From the human T2T-CHM13v2.0 reference genome, Homo sapiens, in the NCBI RefSeq assembly GCF_009914755.1, contig NC_060943.1: a stretch of DNA of 64,000 nucleotides; one strand, written 5' to 3'. The translations under genes were made by a program, and so were the position numbers. Position 1 is the first letter of the stretch. Every line of letters starts with the position of its first letter. Positions 45,431 to 64,000 of the stretch are shown here, piece after piece. The notes beneath the pieces were generated by a model. It was not told where the DNA came from. It was given only the letters and a program-made list of their open reading frames with translations, and did not search any database.

Positions 45431-46087
45431 CTCTGTATGTTCCGTATTCATTTCAGGGCAACCAGCCCCTGAATTCCCTGTTTCAGAAGTGTGGCCCCCA
45501 GGTGCACAGGGGTTGACATGAACAGAGGGGAGGGGTTCGGGCCAGAGAGACCAGCTTTGGGCCTAAAGGACACAGGGACTGGACGAACCTGTGGAAGGGG
45601 TTCAGAAGGGGGCTGAGGCGTCAGCTCCAGGCTAAAATCCTGTGTGTGGTCCTTCAGGCCTGACAACAGGCTCTACCGGCGGACCTCCCAGGGATACTGC
45701 CCTCCCCACCCAGACTCAGGCCCTGGGGGCGTCCAGCCACCTGCTCACTCACACCACGCTCTCAGCTCAAGTGCCTCTATTCAGAAGCCTCTACTAGGAA
45801 CGTGGGGCAGGGGCCTCCCCGAGGGAGGCTGGGTCCTTCAACCTGCAGCAGCCTTTTGTTTAGGCCCCTCTCAGCAGTGAAATGACCCTCGTGTGTGCTG
45901 ATCCACCTGACCCTTGACCCCAGCACTGTGCTGGGAGAAACGCAAGGGGCGGGTTGGCTTCTGGCTTCTACCATCACAGCAGGTGAGTTTGCTTGATAGC
46001 TGAGCTGCGCTGAGCCCAGCAGGGGAGCCCTCGGATGTGAGAAACACAGTCCCAGAACGGCCATAAGGAACAGAAGCACTGAGACCG

Positions 46088-46432
46088 TTTGTGAAACAGG
46101 TGCCCTATTTTACTAAAAACCACATATACATTACATTTTACAAAACAGCAACTATCTGATCTCTCGGTCCCTTCCTTAACCCCATAAAAAGAAGGGGATA
46201 TTTGGGGACCGACGGGAACAGGTTCCCCTCCAAATGCTGAGGGCTACCCAGGCATCTCCAGACTCCTGGTCCAGTGCAGGGCAGGGGGCAGCGGAGCCCG
46301 CTCACTGCTCCCATCAGCCCAGGGTTCCTGGAGCCCGTCCAGAGCCCTCAGTGCCTAACCAGGGCTGGAGGGACCACCTGGGTGGGCCTCAGCTGGACTC
46401 ACAGCAGCTCCCTGCCTGGGCGGGGTCCGGCC
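46088..46432 (-). other. PLPP2: PLPP2 3' UTR
   Basis: Follows the stop codon; a U-rich element and the variant poly(A) signal AGTAAA lie ~20 nt before a plausible cleavage site near 46088-46091. Confidence 0.75.
46109..46114 (-). terminator. Variant polyadenylation signal AGTAAA of PLPP2
   Basis: TTTACT on the + strand; no canonical AATAAA in the UTR; GT-rich sequence follows downstream on the minus strand. Confidence 0.65.
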
Positions 46433-56381
<9,949 letters not shown>

Positions 56382-56469
56382 GGTCCCCGCGACCCCCGAC
56401 GCCGGTCCCAGCGCGTCCCGTCGCGTCCCGGCCCGGCCGCGGAGTCACGTGGCGCGGAGCCCGCCCCGC

Positions 56470-57120
56470 GCGGAGAGGAGGGGAGGGGCGGGAAGGGGAG
56501 GAGGGGAGGGGCGGGGAGGGCACGAGGGGAGAGGTGAGGAGGGGAGGGGAGGGGAGGAGGGAGGGTTAGGGGCGGGGAGGGGAGGAGGGAGGGGGAGGGG
56601 AGGAGGGGAGGGTTAGGGGCGGGGAGGGGAGGGGGGAGGGGGAGGGGAGGGGAGGAGGGGGGGACGGCAGCGGCGGGCAGGGGAGCGGCGGGCGGGGCGG
56701 GGAGGGGAGGGCAGCAGGGGAGGGGGAGGAGGGGAGGGGCGGGGAGGGGAGGGGAGGAGGGAGGGGGAGGGGAGGAGGGAGGGGGGACGGCAGCGGCGGG
56801 CAGGGGAGCGGCGGGCAGGGGAGCGGCGGGCGGGGCGGGGAGGAGGGGAGGGAGGGGAAGGGGAGGAGGGGGGGAGGGGAGGGGAGGAAGGCGGGGACGG
56901 CAGCGGCGGGCAGGGGAGCAGCGGGCGGGGCGGGGAGGAGGGGAGGGTTAGGGGCGGGGAGGGGAGGAGGGAGGGGGAGGGGAGGAGGGGCGGGGAGGGG
57001 AGAGGGGGGAGGGGAGGAGGGAGGGGGAGGGGAGGGGGGAGGGGAGGAGGGAGGGGGGAGGGGAGGAGGGAGGGGGGACGGCAGCGGCGGGCAGGGGAGC
57101 AGCGGGGGGGGCGGGGCGCG
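56470..57120. repeat. G-rich polypurine compound repeat immediately upstream of PLPP2
   Basis: (GGGGA/GGA) runs interspersed with 4 copies of GGGGACGGCAGCGGCGGGCAGGGGAGC and 3 copies of GAGGGTTAGGGG. Confidence 0.9.
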
Positions 57121-60100
57121 GCGGACCCGGGACCGCGCGGACTCTGCCCCCGCCTGGCCGCGGCGCCCAAAAGAGCGGGTGGGGCGAGCGTGCGGGCGCC
57201 ACGGGGACCTCGTCCGCCCGGAGTCCCGGCCCTGACCCGGGCTGTGCGGGTCTCCGAGCGGCGTGAGGTCCTCAGAGGCTGGAGGTTCCCCGCGGGTCGG
57301 GCCGGCGGAGCCCCGGGCGGGGACGTGGAGAAGGAGGACGAGCAGCGGCGGGACCGGCCCCGCGGGACGGTTCCCGACTTTCCTCCTCAGGGAGTGGCAG
57401 CCGCGCCGTGTGCGCCTGGAAACTCCGACAGCAGGAGGCACCTTAAAGTGGAAGGGGCGACGTGGCTTCATTTCAGGAGTTTCTTTTCTCCTAATACTCA
57501 AAATCCTGGCGCGTCCTTGGACCCCTGGCACGTTAGAAGCTCGAGTTCCTCGGCACCCACCTTGCGACGGCGTAGGGTGTCCAGGCGCAGCCCTGTGCCC
57601 AGGCACCGTTCCTATCAGCGCACTTGCTGTCCCATTTCACAGAAGAGCACGGGGGCGCCAGGAGCTGGGAACCCCATGAAATGGCGCCGGGGTCTGTGCC
57701 CCCACCAGGTCGTGGGGAGCCCTGAGCTGAGGGTGCCTGGGGATTGAGGGCACCTGAGCCAGGGAAACCCAGGCCCAAGGGACCCACACTGGGTCCTTTC
57801 GGCTGGGACCATCCGGGAGGCCTCAGGAGTGTCAGACCCACGTTTCCGGAGTCCAGCCTTGACCTCTGCCACTCACGGTCACTTAAATGGGAAGTGGCAG
57901 GCCTGGGGTCAGAAACAAGGCTGCTGGGCCCCAGATCCGCTGCCACCCTGACCCTCCTCTAAAACCCGTTCAGCACCACCATCAGCCCCCTGCCCCAGCA
58001 ACACCAAAACAGGGTGCGTCTCAGCAACTGGACTTCAACTGGGAGCTCCTCGACCCTGCTTCCCGGATGGTCAGACACCTGCACGTGGGGCAGGGGGGCA
58101 TCATGAGGGAACTCCAAGGGCAAGGGGCTCTTGGGAGACAGCAAAGGCACCCAGAGTGGTGCTGGGTGGGAAGACGGTGCAAGCTGACCTGTGGCCCTCC
58201 AAGGGCAGGGTTGAGGTGCTCCCTTGCTGCACTCACGGTGGGGTGGGGGGGCTCTAGCTCCCGTCGGAATTAGGATTGTGAGGGTTCTGGTGCCTAGCAT
58301 CAATGCTACATAAATGTAGGGTTCAGCGTCACTACTGCGCTTTCCCCCACACTTCACCCTGTCTGCAAATGAGTGACCACTGCTGTCAGTGTAGTCTTGA
58401 CAGCCAACGCACATTTTCTCCTAAGATGGAGAGGGTGCAACATCTACTGGAGTCAAGGAAAGGCGGTGTTCTTCATTGAGCACCTACTGTGTGCTGGGGA
58501 GCAAGGGAGAGGTCACTTGGAGGGGCCTGCCAAAGTGGGAGCGGGGGGAAGACAGTGGGGGCTGTGGGATGGGGCCAAGCCAAGAGGGAGAGACCCAGGA
58601 GAGGGGTGGAGGTAGACCTGGGAGGATAGAGGGTGGAGGTGAGGCTGCAGGCTGTTCCCCCTTCCATCCTTCCCCTTGGGTCAGGATTTGGGTTAGCCCT
58701 TAAAATCCCTGGGCAGGATAAGGATTAAAATCTGGTGGGGAAAGCAAGAATTAGGATTAGGGTCAGGATTGGGGTCGTCTCCTACATATGCTGACTGCAG
58801 CCCACCACACTTCAAGGAACTTCTTGTCACGGCTTTCATAGCTGGATCTGCTGCTGCCCCCAGCTGCCTGGTCCTCCCTTCCAGGAAGAACCTGAGGCCA
58901 GGGCAGCTCCCAGCAGGGACAGAGCCTGGCCTGGAGGCCAGGCCTCAGTGGCTTTCTCCTTCACCTGCAAATAGCAGAGCTGGAAGCGGGTGGTGGTACA
59001 TGTACCCAGGCTGGGTCCCCTAGAGACAAGCAACCCCTGAGGGCCAGGTCGCCACTCCCAGGCAAGCAAGCTCACGGGTTCAGCAACTGCAGCTCCCGCC
59101 TCTTGCCCAGCACTGGCTCTGCCACCTTGGTGCCTCATCGCAACCTGGATGGCTCCGGGCCTGTTTCCAAATGGACTCTATGGAGACTAAGACACCTGTG
59201 AAGTGGGCAGAAGGGGGCCTGGCACACAGTAGGTGCCACCTAAGTGCAGCCAGCCACTATACCTGCCGTTGCTTTCTCTGCTTCTCTGGGACTTGAGAGG
59301 TGAAGTACCTTGCCCAGAGTCAAAACGGGAGTTGTCTCCCAGGTTCCTGGCACGGGGCTCTTGGAGTCGAACGAGTGCCCGTCAGTGGGTTTGACGTGCA
59401 GGCAGTGGGCAGGGAAGGCTGAGGGGGTGGATGGTTTGGAAAGACATCTAAGGTATCCCTCAGTCTCTGTCTGCATAAAGGCGGCAAGACAGTAGCTACC
59501 ACCTGGGATTGTAGAGAAGATTAAATAGTTTGTGAAATGCTTGACCCAGGGCCAAACATTAGGAAACATCATTTGAGGGTTAATTGAACAAAATACAGTG
59601 TGGGTAGGTATCACGTGTTTGCTGGGTCAAGATGTAGAAGGTACTTCTTCCTGGGGTCAAGATTTAAAAGGGTTGGAAACCGCTGCCTTCAAATTCACAA
59701 TCCAGGACCCACGAATTCAAAATTCCCCTCGGACTTTGCAATCCTTGGAGTGCCTCTTAATTTAGTGTAACCTTACAGTCAGTCAGGGACAGGGTAACCC
59801 TCCGGGTTTCAGCACCGCGAGTCTGCTGTGCTCTGTCTGTGAGGAGGTCTTCACTGGGTCACAGCAAAGAAAAACACACAGCAGTAGTGCTGGACGTGGT
59901 CGCCAGAGCCCCTCGCGCAGACAAGCCGGGACGCGGCCCCCCTGCCAGAGCCCCTCGTGCAGACAACCCGGAACGCACAGCCCCTCCCACCATCTCAGTC
60001 TGTGCGTTCGTTCACTGTCCCCGTCTCCTCCCACGAGCTCCAGGAAAGTGGGAGCTGGCACACAGTGGGTGCGCAAGCCGTGCTTACTGGGATGCCCAGA

Positions 60101-62485
60101 GCCTGAGGTCACCAGGGAGCTGACAGCTGCAGGGAGCTCTCCCTGGGTCACAGCAAGGCAAGACACACAAGCAACAGCGGAGGGCAACAGTGCGTTCTCA
60201 AAGGGAGAGCTGGTTTCCGCCTGCTTCTCGTACAAAACGAGGGGCAGAGATGGCAGGGGCCACCCCGCGAAACACTCGATTAAATCCCCGTTCACAAACC
60301 TTCCTGATGCCTGGCAGCCCTATCCCTGCCCCCGAAACCAGCATCTGGTGAAGGCAAGGAGAGGCACCTGGAAGACCTCAAATCTTTGCAGGTCTGCAAA
60401 GCCACTGAGCACCCACAGACCCCAAGGACCTGGTTCCGACTCAAGGAAGAACAAGGACGGTGGTGGCGGAGGGGCTCCAGAGAACTCGTAATGCCTCTGG
60501 TGAGGCCACCGCCGTCCTGCATCTCTTGATGTGACTGGTGACAGCCCACCAGGGCGGGGAACCGGTTCACCTCCCAAGTGCTCACCGGGGGCCGCGCTTT
60601 CGACTCTCCCTGCACAGGCCGTGGGTCGTGGCTCCGGGTGAGTGGAAACATTTGCCCCGCAGCGACCGCCACCCCTCCCTCCCCGACCTCGAGCCACAGG
60701 ACCAGGGGACGGGGCTGGGCTGCGCTCTGGGCCCTGCGATGCCTCCGGGAGGCACGGCCGCCCTCTGCTGGACACGCCGAGGAGGCGCTCCACGCCAGGG
60801 TCTCAACATCCTCCTGAGAACAGCCCAGCAATGGGGCAAATAAACATCAAGGACCCCCTAGCTGAGTCCTGATACCTGTGAAACAAACAGGACACCCCGT
60901 TACATTTGAATCCCAGAAGAGCAACAAACCGGTTTTCAGTATGTGTCCCGAATACTGCATGGGACATACTTACACATTCGTTTATCTGTAATCCGAGCCC
61001 AACTGGGCATCCTGTATTTTATCTGGCCATCCTACCCAGGAACTACAAACCGAGAAAACAAGGACCATCAGGGAGAGAGAAACAGCTGGGTCAGGTCAGT
61101 GGGGGCCCAGACAGCGCCAGTCCAGGGCCCGGACATCTTCAACAAAGCCTGGGCCTGGGAGGCTGAGGCTCTGGGGACCGTGGCCGGTCCAGGACCATCA
61201 GTTCTGAGCGACTTTCTCCCTCCCCCACTTCCACCCCCACAGAAATTGTCTCAGGAGGGCTGATCTCCAGGCAGGCCCCTGGCTAAGGCCTGCTTCCTGG
61301 CACGGCCATGGACTCTGTCCAGAACAGATTTCCATATTTGGTTAGCAGGTAGGAAGGAGGTCATCAAAGACCTTCACTTCACTGTAAAAGGAAAGCATTA
61401 AATAAACGAACACAAATGACTTTTATTTATGGCTGCCGAAAAGCTGAGGACAGTAAGTTTGTTCTAGAGAGGTATGAGCTCCCCTGAGGTTAGTCAAGAC
61501 CAAGTCTGGTGGAGGCCTCATTAGTCCTAGGAGCCTGGTGTCAGACAAATCCGGAAGAGCCCCAAGGCACAGCGGGCCCTCCAGGTCCTCCTGCCTGGGT
61601 CTGGGCTGCAGGAAGGGCAGGATTCCACCACCCCACAGCTAACCCAGAGGCAAAGCTACGCTACACAAGCGGTGAGCAGGCCAGCCCAGCTCCTCGAGAC
61701 CAGCACATCAACCCAGCTGCTGACAGGAGAGGGGCAAGCCCTTCCTGAGGCAAAACAGTATCCCCTCTGCTCCTTAACTGTCTTACCCACATCTAGTGCA
61801 CCCTCAGAAACACAAGACACCATGGACAAGAACAGAATATTAGTCAACAATGGCATCCCAGGGTCTCTCCCAGCTCCAACCTATCTTAGATATTCCAGTC
61901 AAATCCAATCTCCCTAAAGCGTGACTCTACTTCAGCTAAAAAACACACTAAGGCTCCCCACTGCCTTCCCAGTTTCAGATTTCTTGGCCTAAGAGGGAAG
62001 TTGTTCCTGCACTGCCCTCCTGACCTCTGTGCTCACCCCACACAAATGGGACGCTCATGCCTCTGGGTGGCTGCGCCCGGCCTGCCCATGTGCTCCTCCC
62101 TCTTACTATTCCTTCTCCATGGGGCCTGCCCTGCTACCGAAGGGGAACAAGGGACCCTGGCCTGGCCAACCAGGAAACCCCTTCTGCTCGGCAGTTCCTG
62201 ATTCAGTTATGGGCACGAGACCCAAGAACAAATTTTACCCAGGAGTTTTGTTAGAACAGTTGGGCAAGATACAGGCTTCCCACAGAAATCACAGATGTAA
62301 GGTTGTGTGCCTGGAGCTTCTGGTGCCATCTCAGTCGCCACGAAGGGCGCTGCCCCTGAGAAGAAGGTCAGTTCGGGCAGCAGAGAAATAGAAGCACCGA
62401 AACATCATAATGTGGATGGTGACTCCTGATTCCTGTTTCTGGAGGCCCTGGCATCCCCGGACTGAGTCTTAAGAGTATAACTTTC

Positions 62486-64000
<1,515 letters not shown>

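Overview
Human (primate) genomic DNA, recognisable as the 19p13.3 subtelomere-to-unique-sequence transition. It is not prokaryotic, and most ORFs in the track are Alu/LTR/VNTR artefacts. 1-10.8 kb: subtelomeric duplicon mosaic with minus-strand lncRNA-type exons, one of which is a frameshifted GTF2I exon. 10.8-12.7 kb: internal (CCCTAA)n tract followed by a TAR1 / 37-29-61-bp TERRA-promoter module with CTCF sites. 13.6-31.8 kb: two diverged copies of one nested L1/LTR block, separated by a second, far more decayed telomere tract at ~23.3 kb. 32.3-39.6 kb: orphan CpG island, old L1 with a 17-copy 66/70-bp VNTR, and Tigger1. 39.6-45.4 kb (+): unprocessed vomeronasal type-2 receptor pseudogene (exons 3-6 traceable, probably VN2R11P). 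46.1-56.4 kb (-): the complete 6-exon PLPP2 (PPAP2C/LPP2) gene, 288 aa, with an alternative first exon giving 309 aa and a G-rich repeat promoter. 57-64 kb: GC-rich intergenic DNA, Alus and a 41-bp VNTR. I found no new protein-coding system. The most interesting structure is (i) layered fossil telomeres bracketing an ancient duplication, (ii) several templated-insertion repair scars, (iii) a VNTR that multiplies the PLPP2 exon-5 branch point, and (iv) a possible internal TERRA promoter feeding a chimeric lncRNA. Repeat subfamily names and boundaries come from recall and visual alignment and are approximate.
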